Both the position numbers and the translations under genes were made by a program. Shown here piece after piece: positions 25,450 to 37,117 of a DNA stretch of 64,000 nucleotides. How positions within the stretch are numbered: the stretch's first letter is position 1; each line of letters starts with the position of its first letter. Under the pieces are notes generated by a model that was not told the origin of the DNA, searched no databases, and was given only the letters and a program-made list of their open reading frames with translations. This DNA is from Ptychomitrium polyphyllum (lineage: Eukaryota), in the NCBI GenBank assembly GCA_973851085.1, contig OZ316776.1, positions 6,262,001 through 6,326,000 of the forward strand. The letters run 5' to 3'.

Positions 25450-27445
25450 TCAAGGACTCTGCTACAATTGCCCTGCTTCTTAGAAACGGAATCGTCTCCG
25501 TTCGTTGTAAAGTGGGTCAACGTATCCACTATTCCATTGAGAAGTCTGAGATATGGTGATACTGCTCCAATACATGTACCATACCCGTCCGGGTTTCCCT
25601 TGAAAAATGAACACAGTTGCTGCGTTGTAAATATGTCCACGCGCCTGGTGGCGACTGGACTGTATGCCAATTGTGCTTATCTCTAACTAGGTCCACTGGT
25701 GTGAGGTATGACAGTTTTAGATCCAGCTGATTTGATGTGGTCTGTGAAGAATATGCTAAACTTCATGTTTCAAGCAGTTGAGTTGTCGTATTCAAGGCAG
25801 CTCCTGTCGAACACTCTCGAGTACCTTGAGCTCGGCGGTTGTGGATGATTTTGAGCAATCCTTTTCGAGAAAAGAGACAACTTTGTTAGTGCCTGTCTAA
25901 TTACAGTTTGTCTACTTACAGTAGACTTTTGAAAATACATCCCTTTTCTCATCTTAGGACTCATGCTTAGGTACACTCTAAGATGCACCCCAAGACTAGC
26001 TCCTGATTTCACTTGTGTTTGTGACTGGAACCCATGTTTTAGTGTGAGAATATTACATCTTCCTAATTGGAACATATATATCAGTACAATAATTTTCTTT
26101 ACCTCATTTTAGAAATTAAAAGAGGAGCATTTACTTATAAAATATCCAATTTTAATATCTTAAAGGATTTTTGAAGTATTAGTTACATTAGAATATTTTG
26201 GGAATTTATTGCTTGTTAAGCACTTCTAAATGGAACTTCCATAATCACATCAACATGAATAGAAATATTTTTTTATCTATTGGATGTATAAACTACCTCA
26301 AATACAACAAAATACATTAAAACACATTAAATTATACATACCTTTAAAGAGACTTTTATCTCTTTCAAGAGCTAAATAAATTTATTGATTTGATCTATTA
26401 AGTTACTATGAATAATTGCAATTTGATCATTCTCTTGTACAAGTGGCATATTTTTATTTGAATTGCACAAGGTTGATTAAATTTTTTTAGAAGATAGAAT
26501 GTTAATCTAAAGGACTAGCATACCTCAAAAATTTGAATATTCATTAAGTTAGAAGTTGAAATGTTTAGTCAAAGTTTCATATTGCAAATGCAAACTTGCT
26601 TGAAATTTGCATTAAATATTGTAGTTACATAGCATATTTGCTTTTAATTAGTTTTAAAAATAAATGATCAAACATTGAAAAATTACATAGAACAAATGGG
26701 TTTTGGAGAATACTATCTTTTATGTGTTCTATTTTTAGAAAAATAAAAAAATTGTCAATGAAGCGACAAACTTCCTATATGACTATTATGCATGATAAGT
26801 TAGTCTGTTAGGATCAAGATTCATATTCAAGATATTAATGTTGATGTTTGAAGATTTTACTTACTTACAATTTACATACAAAGTTTTTAGAACTTTAGTT
26901 TTTCTGTTTCAAATTCAAGTTCTTCAAATCATTTGTAATCTTAGATTCTTAACAACACAATGTAGAAGCCAATTTAAAAAAAAATTGTGAAAAGTTGCAA
27001 TTAATTGATGAAGGGCCTTTTTTTAAATTGTAGTTTAATGGAGGTAAAATATGATATTAGGATTGAGATGCTGTGTATTGTGTAATTGTCAACGGTAAGA
27101 TGCTCGTCACTGGAAGTAAATACAATGATCGGCAATCTCAAATTGATATAACAATATGTTTTTTTTAAGAATTACAGCATATCATCTTTCCAATAGAAAT
27201 CCATACTTACATAGGATTTGCAAGGACATGATTTATGTGCACGTAAGGCTGGTGTTAGTCTTTTTTCACTTTGAGTTTGTGAAATTTGTGATCAATTTGC
27301 ATGTAATGTGACAGGATGATACAAAACACAGATAGTGGCATCTTTAATATTTATTTCTTCCACCATCTTCAATAATTCTTTGTTTGTAAGAAGATGTCTA
27401 TAACTTCAAGGGTATACTAATTCAGTGAAGGAATGGAATACCAAA

Positions 27446-28321
27446 CTACTTTGTAACCTCACGAAGTGGGCGTCTTTCTGGAGGCAGAAAACATACTTCA
27501 AATTCTCCCACTGGTGATAGATTGGTTATTACTTGATGTGCATCAGCCTTAGCTTGGATGATCCGTTTTGCAACTCTAGATGCGGCAGTGGGATAATATT
27601 TAGCCCAATACCACGGCCAATCCATGAAATGAACTGCAGAGGGGATCTTCTTTCTGTTCGAAGCTGGTGGTTTATTGTACACTCTCTTACCCACACAGTC
27701 GTCAGTGCAACAATTATCAGGGAGAGGTGTAGGGAGTCTGTTATCTCTTTTTTTCACTTCCCCGTTTGGCCTGAGGTAATTTGCTTCCTTGGCTTTGGCC
27801 TGACACTCACAGTTTGCACAAAGGCTAGCATTAGTTCTTGTCTCTGCAATCAACTCCTCAATTGGCTTAGCTTTATCTACTTCATATTTTTTACACTGGT
27901 CGCATGTTTGGCCATGCTTTCTGTTTACGAGTGCCTTGCCAGGTCCACTATCTTGGACCAAGCTCTTCACTGCAATGAGTTTATGCTCAGTTTTCTGGGC
28001 CGCCCCTTGCAGACCTCCACTTTGAAAAACTTTGCTAATCACTTTGTGTACCCTGTGTTGTGGGTGTTGACAACATGGCTTGTTTTTGTTTGGGTCACTT
28101 GTTGCCTTATTTGTAACACTTTCAACACTGTTTTTGGAATCCTCGCAAGTGTATGGTGGAGGCTTGTCAAGTGCAGAAGGAATTTTTGCACCATCCAAGG
28201 TTTTGTCAATGATCCTACCACTACTACTAGTGTTGCATTGTTGCTGGATTGGCCTACTAGGACTTATATAGCTCCAAAATCTAAAAGGCAAATCACAATT
28301 TGCCATTGATTCTGTTTTCAT
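27446..28321 (-). CDS. Intronless 291-aa hypothetical protein (Lys/Pro/Cys-rich)
   Basis: ATG-initiated 876-nt ORF in a GC-richer island between AT-rich DNA. TATAAAA upstream (28399-28393) and AATAAA downstream (27355-27350) on the same strand. No recognisable domain. Confidence 0.6.
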   Translation of the reverse strand: MKTESMANCDLPFRFWSYISPSRPIQQQCNTSSSGRIIDKTLDGAKIPSALDKPPPYTCEDSKNSVESVTNKATSDPNKNKPCCQHPQHRVHKVISKVFQSGGLQGAAQKTEHKLIAVKSLVQDSGPGKALVNRKHGQTCDQCKKYEVDKAKPIEELIAETRTNASLCANCECQAKAKEANYLRPNGEVKKRDNRLPTPLPDNCCTDDCVGKRVYNKPPASNRKKIPSAVHFMDWPWYWAKYYPTAASRVAKRIIQAKADAHQVITNLSPVGEFEVCFLPPERRPLREVTK

Positions 28322-28392
28322 TGTTCCTGGCTACGTACATGGATCTTGGCATATTTAACAAATCTCTTACATTGTTGTCTCAGATCTTTGCC

Positions 28393-28399
28393 TTTTATA
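28393..28399 (-). promoter_or_regulatory. Putative TATA box of the orphan ORF
   Basis: TATAAAA(GG) on the minus strand, about 72 nt upstream of ATG 28321. The context is AT-rich, so a chance match is possible. Confidence 0.35.
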
Positions 28400-30420
28400 A
28401 TTCACTTTGGTTTATTTACAGTATGAATTTGGTTTGCATTCAAGACTTTTAAACTTCACTTCTTGTAATGTGATTACATTTTAGGCATATTATCAATCTA
28501 GTCACATAATTGATCACATTTGAGAGGAAAATATATGTAACTTTTGAGAAGTTTTTTGGTATTGTGAAACAAAGGTCAAATAATGTTTTCTTCTCACATA
28601 TTTCAAAGTTCCTTGTAAATGTTTTCTAAAAAATATGTGTTTATAGTTAAATCTTTAATTATTAAAGGTTTTTAACATAACCAATCTTTTAATTGAAGGC
28701 ACTGTTTTTAAGGGTTTCTAACATTACTAATTCATCAAATAGTTTTTTATCATTTAATATCTTAATAAACTTAATATCATGAACATTTTGAATGTCTTTT
28801 TTGGCAAAAAAAGAGAGTATTTAGAAGAGATTAGTGCACTTGACTATGAAAAGAAAGTTTATGTATAAGTCATACCTCTTGAAGTGACTGTTGAATAAAT
28901 AGTAGTCTTTCTGAAACTATTCCATAAAAATTATACGAAGTTAAGAATTTGATAATTAATTTAATCCATAATTGAATTGGTTTTTTTGATAGTATCATAA
29001 TTATGATATTTTTTGGTTAAATAAACACTTGAATCTGTAAAAATGATGTTAAATTGTGTATTATAAAGTCTTAGGTTTCATTTCTATACTATTAATGAAT
29101 TCTAATACAAACTTTGATTTTTTCCATACAAAGATTTACACTAATTATACACAATAGTGATTATTTAAAAAATTTACTGGAAAACAAGGTTATTATAAAT
29201 ATGTGATTATTTGAATGAAATTGTAAAATAAATTATAATTCTTACTTTACAAAATGTCAAAAGAAATTACTGAAGTAATTATTGCATTTATGAGGTATAA
29301 TGCTAAAAATTGTAATGAACAAATACCACTTGATAATTAATTTTTGACACTTCAATATTATTAAAATTCTATTCGAAATTCAAAAATTGATTAAATGAAT
29401 TAAAAATTAATATCAATTCTTTTAACTTGAACACAATTTTTATTTGCAAAATATTATACAAACTAAAATCTATATTTGAGTTTATATAAAAAAAATATTC
29501 ATTCAAATTACTTCAAAATCATAAGTCTACTCTATTACTAAATTTCTACAATAATTATCATTGATAGTCTATGAAATAAAGTTTCAAATGTTTATTTTGT
29601 TTAGATGAAGGTTATTTAACATTTATGATTTTTGATTCACCTATTTTGTGAATTTTAATTTTAGTATATTTATGTCCAATCAAATTTTATATCTTCACTT
29701 TCCAAATAGCAATTATATGAATCTATCCATATATATTGATTTAGGAATGTTTATTCAAAACCATTAGCGTACTTCCTTGGTCATCACATAGGCTATAAAT
29801 ATTGGAGAGGTGAACGTGCATGATGTATTAAGATAGGTATCTCCATAATATATAAATTTAAAGGAATTAAATTAAAATCCTAATTATTGATGGTTTTAGC
29901 CTGACAATAATTGTACATAAACATGCGTTCAATACCACTACATTAAAGATGTGATGGTAGCCTTATTTTTAAAATATATTTATTTCTAATAATTCAAATC
30001 ATAACATTTATGCATGTTAACAAAATGGTATTTCCATTTATTGTAAGCAACTTGCAGTATAGTTTCCAGAATAGGGATGAATATCGACGAAATGGATGAA
30101 GTGGATGAAAAGAGTTGTGAAGGGATGAACAATGTGGCTTTTTCCAACGAAAAGGACTACACAGTGAAGAAAATTGTCGCATCCGGGTTCTATAGAAAAA
30201 TGCACTGTGTGGTTGCTACAGGGAGGCAAGAATTCGTAGCTCGTTGGCACGCGCGCTGAGCGGCAAGGTGGTGGGTGCGTTGCCGAGGCTCCGGAGAGGT
30301 GCGGAGGTTGCAAAAGCTCTGGCACCATGAAAACACTCTACAACTGAGGTTCAGGTTGTTGTATGCACAGGGTTGGTGATGGGGCCCCTGTGATCTCTAC
30401 AACGGCGTGGTGAGAATCTG

Positions 30421-30435
30421 AAACCCTAACCCTAA
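30421..30435 (+). promoter_or_regulatory. Telo-box (AAACCCTA) with a partial tandem copy upstream of MOC1
   Basis: AAACCCTAACCCTAA starting 60 nt before ATG 30481. Confidence 0.45.
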
Positions 30436-30480
30436 TCAAGGTTGCCATAGCCCCCCGAGAGCCTGCGCACGGCCACAGTC

Positions 30481-32559
30481 ATGGCCATGGCAGTATGTTT
30501 AGCAGCTCGTTCTCACGCCTTTCCATTGGTGCGCTCTCCTTTCGGCATTCCACTAAGCAGACGGCTATGCAATCGGTGTTGTCCGCTGCCAAGATGGCTG
30601 AAATCATCGCTGCATGCCACGGCTCTGCGCTCCGAACCCTTGGACGCTGTGCCTGTGGTGAGCTCGGTGCAGGATGCAACGGTGACGAAGGGCGTGGGGT
30701 CTGGCCTTGCGAAGGAGACATTGGATTTTTCGATATTCTCTCACGAGGGTAGCTCAGACGAAGCAGGACTAGAGGGAGGAGAATCAGCAGAATGTAAGCA
30801 CGTGTTGCATTCTTTACGTATGTGGTTTGACTTTGCGGGATGCGATTCGATGGTTGCGCATTTAGATCACTTTGTGTGTTTTCTATGTAAAGAAGAGTTT
30901 CTTCAATCAGTTTATGCTGGTAACTGGAAGACTTTGAGTGGGCAACTTACTACATGTCTCATTTGTTTCCGGATCATGCCTGTGTCCAGTGCCGGGGGAG
31001 GTGCGCGAGGATCTGGAGTCAACAGCTTGGAGTGTCGGATTGGATGGTCTTAATGTAGGTATGATAATGTCAGTAACGTAGAAATTATTGCAGTATAGTA
31101 AGATGCTGACTGGTTTTCCAGTTAGCTGCCCCTATGTGTCTAATGCTGTGGTAAACTCATGCAGGTCACTGATGTACCCAGCAGCGCTTGTGTACTTGGG
31201 ATAGATCCTGATGCCTCTGGTGCAATTGCTGTCCTGAGGGCTGCTAGCCAAGAGGTGATCTCAAAATTCTTTGTTGTCATAGTTTTTGTGGAAGCACCTG
31301 TGCTTTCTACCTTTTCAAAAATTAACTGGACTCTTTTTGGCTACATTTCTTGATAACAACTTTTGTTAGGACCTATGAAGTCTATCGCAAGAATTGTGAA
31401 TCGTTTGATGTGTCCAGGAGGTTACTGATGGTAGGTCTTCCTAGTTGACCTCGCATGCTGCAGGTTCTGGACGTTCCATGCGTGAAAGTGCAGATTGGGA
31501 AAACTATGAGACGACGGCACGATGCCAGCTCTATTGTTAATCTTGTAAATAACATTAATGCACCCGAAGGTATGTATCTTGGTTCCAGTAACGGGTCGGA
31601 TTTTAAAAAAAATTGTTTTGTCCCTTGTGGGGTGTGATACTTGCCTTCATATATTTGTTATCTTTTCCTAAATTATAGCCTTCTGCCAAGGTCACTTGCA
31701 GGTAGTGTGGCATATGTGGAGCAAGCCATGCCTTTCCCAAAGGACGGAAAACAGGTTAGTTTCGATGTGCACCAAATCAATATCGAATCATGTTAGAAAC
31801 ATAGTGCTTTATTCAGGTTCCGATGTACCGCATGGGCGCCAACATTGAGCTCATTGCCTCCTACTATCTTGTGATGATAATGTCTCATCTTCTGCAGGGG
31901 TGGTATGGCTGCGGATTTGGCTATGGTATGTGGGTTGGAATTCTGATGTCCTTAGGGTTCAAAGTCGTGCCTGTTCGAGCTCAAGTATGGAAGAGCGCGA
32001 TGGGAATATCTGGGAAACAATACTCTAAGGTCCGCATTGTTGCCAAATGACTTATGGTTACGTATGTCACTTGAATAGGTTTTGATGGTCCACTAGCTGT
32101 TGTGAGAGTTCTGTCAGGATGGAATTTTCATGGATGTTTTTGGATGCAGGATGACAGTAGAAACTTGGCCACGGCTCTCTTTCCTGACTTGGAATCACAG
32201 CTGAAACGCAAAAAAGATCATGGTATGGAAATTCCTTGTTCCGTGTTTAGCCAGAATTATCATTATAAAAGATCAATCATTCGTTCACTGAGGTATTGTG
32301 TTGATTTTTTGTCCAGCCGACAATTAGTTTTTCCTAAACAACATTTTCTCTTCCCACTTCGTCTGGATCTACTGCCAGTGATGTTTTGCTGCAAGCTTCT
32401 CTATGTCCAATGTATAAACCATTTCAGGATGAATCTGTAATCAGAACGCTCGTTTTTGTAGGTCGAGCAGATGCTATCCTCATTGCAGCATTTGGGAAGG
32501 GTTTAACACCGCCACCAAAGATCCTCGTTGAGGATACTGAATTGATACAGATAGATTGA
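30481..32559 (+). CDS. MOC1: Organellar Holliday junction resolvase MOC1 (RuvC-like fold), 8 exons, about 309 aa
   Basis: Exons 30481-30793, 30990-31054, 31165-31254, 31464-31569, 31702-31754, 31898-32029, 32150-32222, 32462-32559; GT-AG, frame continuous. Motifs [52 protein letters not shown]. Arg/Ser/Leu-rich N-terminus resembles a transit peptide. Confidence 0.93.
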
Positions 32560-34046
32560 ATCGGACACCTGGTCTAGATGAAAAAGAATGCCGCGTGAAT
32601 TTAAAGAATACCCGAGCATATAGGAGCGTCTGTCATATAGGAGCTTGAAAGAAATTTACAATAATCATCTGATTGATGCACTGTGGCTCCCTGTTCAGAC
32701 TGCTGTGCTTAGATCGCCAACAATAGACGAGGTTCTGCTCCTGCTAATTAGAAATTGGTAGCACCTAGTGTCACGTCGTTCAATCTTTGGATGCTTACAG
32801 CATTGGTATTTGACAGATACTGAAATTCTGGCATTGAGCAACAAATTTTCTATGTTATCATATTTCACCTCTCTACTGCCATCACGTTGTTTCATGTTAT
32901 TTCAAGGCTTGCATATGAATTGTGGGTATCAAAATAGAAGAACGGCTTGCTGAATGGATTATTTCAATCTATAGTAAATCCTGAAAAATTTCGTGGATGA
33001 AGGAGATAGAACCACAGTTAAGTGATATAACTTAAGGTGGGTTTAAGCATTCATTTGTTATTTGCTTGTCTTTTAATTTAAATTTAGTTTTAACTTTTTC
33101 TTATTCTTTCCCCTTCCCAATTGTCAATGAATGCATTCACCTACAGACATGCAGGAATACGGAATAGACAAAGGGTAAGAAAATGATGTACCACTCTAAT
33201 GATTTTTATTTTATTTTGAATTTATATCTCAAACCAAAATCTTTTCTCACTTAGAATCTCAGTTAGCATTTAGAAAAGGACCTCACTTGAAAGTTCATAC
33301 AACTCCAACTTTTGGCCGAAAAATAATTCTATCTCCTTCATCCACGAAATCAACTAAAGTGAGGATACAAAAGCACAAGTCACATCTTAAGTTACAATAT
33401 ATTCTATGAATTTGAGTCCAAAAAAGCGGATGAAAGTGTCCAAGAAAGCCAATTGGTATAGAGTCAGATGAATGGAAATCAGGACAATTGCGCCTTTTGG
33501 GGAGAACGGTTGCGTCTAAGGGTTCCAACTCTCTTGCGCAAGTTGTTGTTGGGTTGCGCCAGACAGAAAGTCCAACAAAGTGAGCTCTAACGTAATTTGT
33601 TCTTGATCCACATTCTTCATCTCTTCTTCTTTTTACAGCGCCTGAACAACTGTTCCTCACAACGGTGATCGACAACTCCTGAAATGACTATGATGGGTAC
33701 ACCTGGTCCCAGTATGCACCTCAACATCTTGCCACTTTTAGTGACTTAGCGGCTACCTGAGGTGTGCGGGCTCAACAAGAATAAGCGAGTCTCAAGAAGG
33801 CGGTTGAGATCTAGATGTCACACTGATGGTGTGGAGCCCGGATGGCAAAGACGGTAGGCCATCCGCAAGCCAAGCGAAAGCAGCCAGAGTCCAGCAAGTC
33901 CTGCTCTCCGTATTCCTAATTCAGATGCCGTGTTGCACCATCCTTACTAGGCATAATCGCAACAGTAAGTTAACTTAGTGCACAATGCAATAAACACCAC
34001 TTGATCGCAGCCAGATCAATCTAGCTGAAGTTCTCGCTAGACTAGC

Positions 34047-35581
34047 TATTATAATAACTCAGATCTTCTAGTGCAATAGCATTCAATAAGCTAGTTTTCC
34101 CAGACTATCTGCAGGAGATCATCCGCAAAGTTCACTGCGTTGTGTAAACCAACGCTGGAGATCTGGTGAGTACTCACTTCTTCGCTTTATCCAGCTCTGC
34201 GAAGCTTTGTGTAATACATTTGTCTATGCATGTGTGGGACCTTTCCAAGGATATCTTAAGGGTGGATATCGTACAGTGTTGAAGAATTCTGGATTCTGTG
34301 GAGTAGTTCGGCGTTTCTGGAAGCAAGTGTGTAGATGAAATGCAAATGGGGAGAATGTAAATTTGTTTAGTTACATTGCAGCGAGCAATCTAGAGGAGCA
34401 CTTGAAAAATGCTGTAGGTGTAAATGAGGGGAAACTAAGTTCGGGAGCTTTATTTGCAGGGCTTCGAGACTTGTGACGGTGAGAGTGGGTTCTACTGGGG
34501 GGGAGGATCGGGGGGCGCACGGAACGAGCGGATGTGCACTTGTAGATGTTTTAGTAGATTTGCAAGCGCCATCCTTTCTTGCTTGCAACAACTGGACCAC
34601 CTGAGTTGAGCATTTCGAGATGCAGCTCGGTTGAGGGAAGACGGCGAGAAGATAATGAAGGTGCGTTTTTAAACAATCTTTATGCTTCAATGACAACACA
34701 AATTTGCTTGTGATAATTTGCTGCTGTTCTTTGCAATAAGTTCCCTTCTTTCGAAAACAGCGCTATGGCTTTTCAGGTAGCTGAATGAGGCCATTCTTAT
34801 TTTGTAGGACCTCGAAATTTCTAATTAGAAAGGACTTTGTTCTTTCATGTGTTACCCCTCTTTCTGCAATCATGCAAATGAGAATTAACCTTTATTTAGA
34901 ATACCCAAAAAAAGGTACATTCTCCAGATCGAGAAGAGTGTAGTGCTGCCTGACATCTCTACAACTTAGTTCCTCATTGGTCAAATACAGGGCAGGATAG
35001 TTTTGGAGATTTTTCTATCAACATTCTCCTCTTTCTAAGGCCAGGGTATAGTATTGATTGTCTAATAGTATTTCTTCCCCAAGGTAGATGAAACACCAAA
35101 TCAGTTTCCTATTCCGTCACCTATTAATGCTAAAGCATTAACCGAGCACAATATTTTGGAGAATGTACTGCTTCAGTACCTCAAAAGCCTACTGTCGGTT
35201 CCTGGAAATCTACCAACCACATTTTGAACCCTCGGCAAACTCTTCCGCTCATTTAGTTCAGACTCTGCTAAACCTCCGTGACTGTAAATTTTTTAGTGAG
35301 AAGCTACACAGAGCCCATAAAATCCTTGAGGGATCCCTTGAACATCTATTCAATGGTTTCTTCTACAATGGTATAATTCATATTGTATCATGTTAAGTCG
35401 AAGAGAGAAGGTATGGAGAGGATAGTGAATAGATTTCTCACTACACAAGCAAGGGCGAGATTTGTGGTCTGCTTTTTGAATGGTATGCTAATGAAAGCTG
35501 CTTTTGGATCATATTTCTAATGTCAAGTTCTTTTTAATCGATTGAAAATGCTGCTTCATTAGTGACTATTGTGTTCCCCAG
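34047..35581 (+). promoter_or_regulatory. Possible TATA box and long 5'-UTR intron of the methyltransferase gene
   Basis: TATTATAA at 34047, donor-like TG|GTGAGT at 34166 and acceptor-like TTCCCCAG ending 35581, about 115 nt before ATG 35697. Motif-only evidence. Confidence 0.3.
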
Positions 35582-35696
35582 GTAGACAAAGCTCGTAGAC
35601 CAATCTTTCAGCAATCACCGAAGTCTGGGACCATATTCCTACAACAGAAGGAGAACTTTTCCAACTGAATTCAGATTTTAGAACACGTCACCCAAA

Positions 35697-37117
35697 ATGA
35701 CTGTCGTAAAGCAATCATTGAACTCCATCCGACGAGTGGACCCATTGATATACTTCTCCATTATTGTGTTCCTTCTTAGTTTCGTATCCATCGACATATA
35801 CCTACGCACAATCCCAGATTACAACCCCACAGTATGCTCCACCCTGTTACGTACCGATGCGCAAGCCCTACAAGGAGCCATTCAAGGGAATACCTCAATA
35901 GGAGATGATGCTCATCATGTTTGTTCCGTGTTGAACAAACCGAACTACGACGAGGACAAGCATTGTTGTTCAATTCTGGGGCATCTGCCTTCCAAGAATA
36001 GCTGGTCGCTCAAAGGAGGAAGCATAGGGAATGACCCTTGGATGCAGATGAAGTGGGTGGGGAAGCCCGCCAAGTGCAGGGTCAAGGGCCATGTCATTGA
36101 GGCTCTAGACGACGTGAATAACTTCCGACGTGGGTACTCGCTCAAGTACACCTTGGATGTGGAAGACAAGATCCACAACCTTCCCTGGTTATTGGGAAAC
36201 AGGCAGGATCTCAACTTAAGGAAACGGCGCGTGTTGCTTGATCTTGGCGGCAACATGTTCAACACCAGCATCCAATGGTTCATGCGAATGTACCCTTGTG
36301 ATTTCACAGAGGTATGGCGATCAATACATTAAATTGGCGGTTATCAGCTTGCCAATCATGTTTGCATATCAAGGTAATCTTGTTGAGTGCGGGTCTCCAT
36401 ATATGTATGTGTCTGAACCTACCACGGTATAAGGTGGTACTGGCAATTAGAGATAAGTGTAAATGATACTCATACTCGATATTTGTAAATCGAGAATGCT
36501 CATTATCCACCTTCAGCTATTGGAACACCACTCATTGATTTCTAATGTTCTAAATGGCAGCCGGAATTTGCAAAAAAAAAATTTTGTGCGTAATTGCTTG
36601 TCACTAAGATATTTGCTAATTTCATTGATCATCTTAGGTGCACGTCTTCGAGATTGATACGAATCTGTTCAAATTCCCGGAAGAGTCCTATGTGGAGTCC
36701 TCCAATATAGCAGAGCAGAACACGCTGGCAGTGACGGTGAATGACACCCCAAGAATCCCCAAGTGGATGATCGACCGTATGAGGCTGTACAATGTGCTTG
36801 TTTCAGACATTGATAATCCGGAGAAGAATGCTTGGAACATCACTCGGTTTATCAAGGAGGAGCTTCACCTCACCGCCCAGGATACTGTGGTGGTGAAGAT
36901 GGACATCGAGGGTAGCGAGTGGGAAATTCTAAATCGATGGACTGATGACCCTGAAATGGCAGACATTGTTGATGAGTTGTTCGTTGAGGTTCATTACTCT
37001 GATTACTCCATGGGTGGGTTTGGCTGGCTCCAGTTCGCAAACCACACGAGAGAGCAGGCAGTGCATCTGCTTGCAGGGCTCAGGGCGAACGGTTTTTTTG
37101 CTCATGCTTGGCCGTGA
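35697..37117 (+). CDS. Type II membrane FkbM/Methyltransf_21-like SAM-dependent methyltransferase, 2 exons, about 364 aa
   Basis: Exons 35697-36311 and 36638-37117 (phase 0). N-terminal hydrophobic helix LIYFSIIVFLLSFVSI; motif I-like VLLDLGGN; VHVFE; VVVKMDIEGSEWEIL; IVDELFVEVH. Confidence 0.85.

Noticed and set aside
23630..25686. Multiple overlapping ORFs around the SLC35F exons
   Set aside because: Alternate-frame and antisense shadows of real coding exons.
27533..28309. 258-aa hydrophobic ORF antisense to the orphan ORF
   Set aside because: The hydrophobicity follows from complementing A-rich codons, and the TATA/AATAAA signals favour the minus strand. Not fully excluded without stranded RNA data.
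33295..33675. 126-aa minus-strand ORF between MOC1 and the methyltransferase
   Set aside because: Non-ATG start, no motif and no supporting splice structure.
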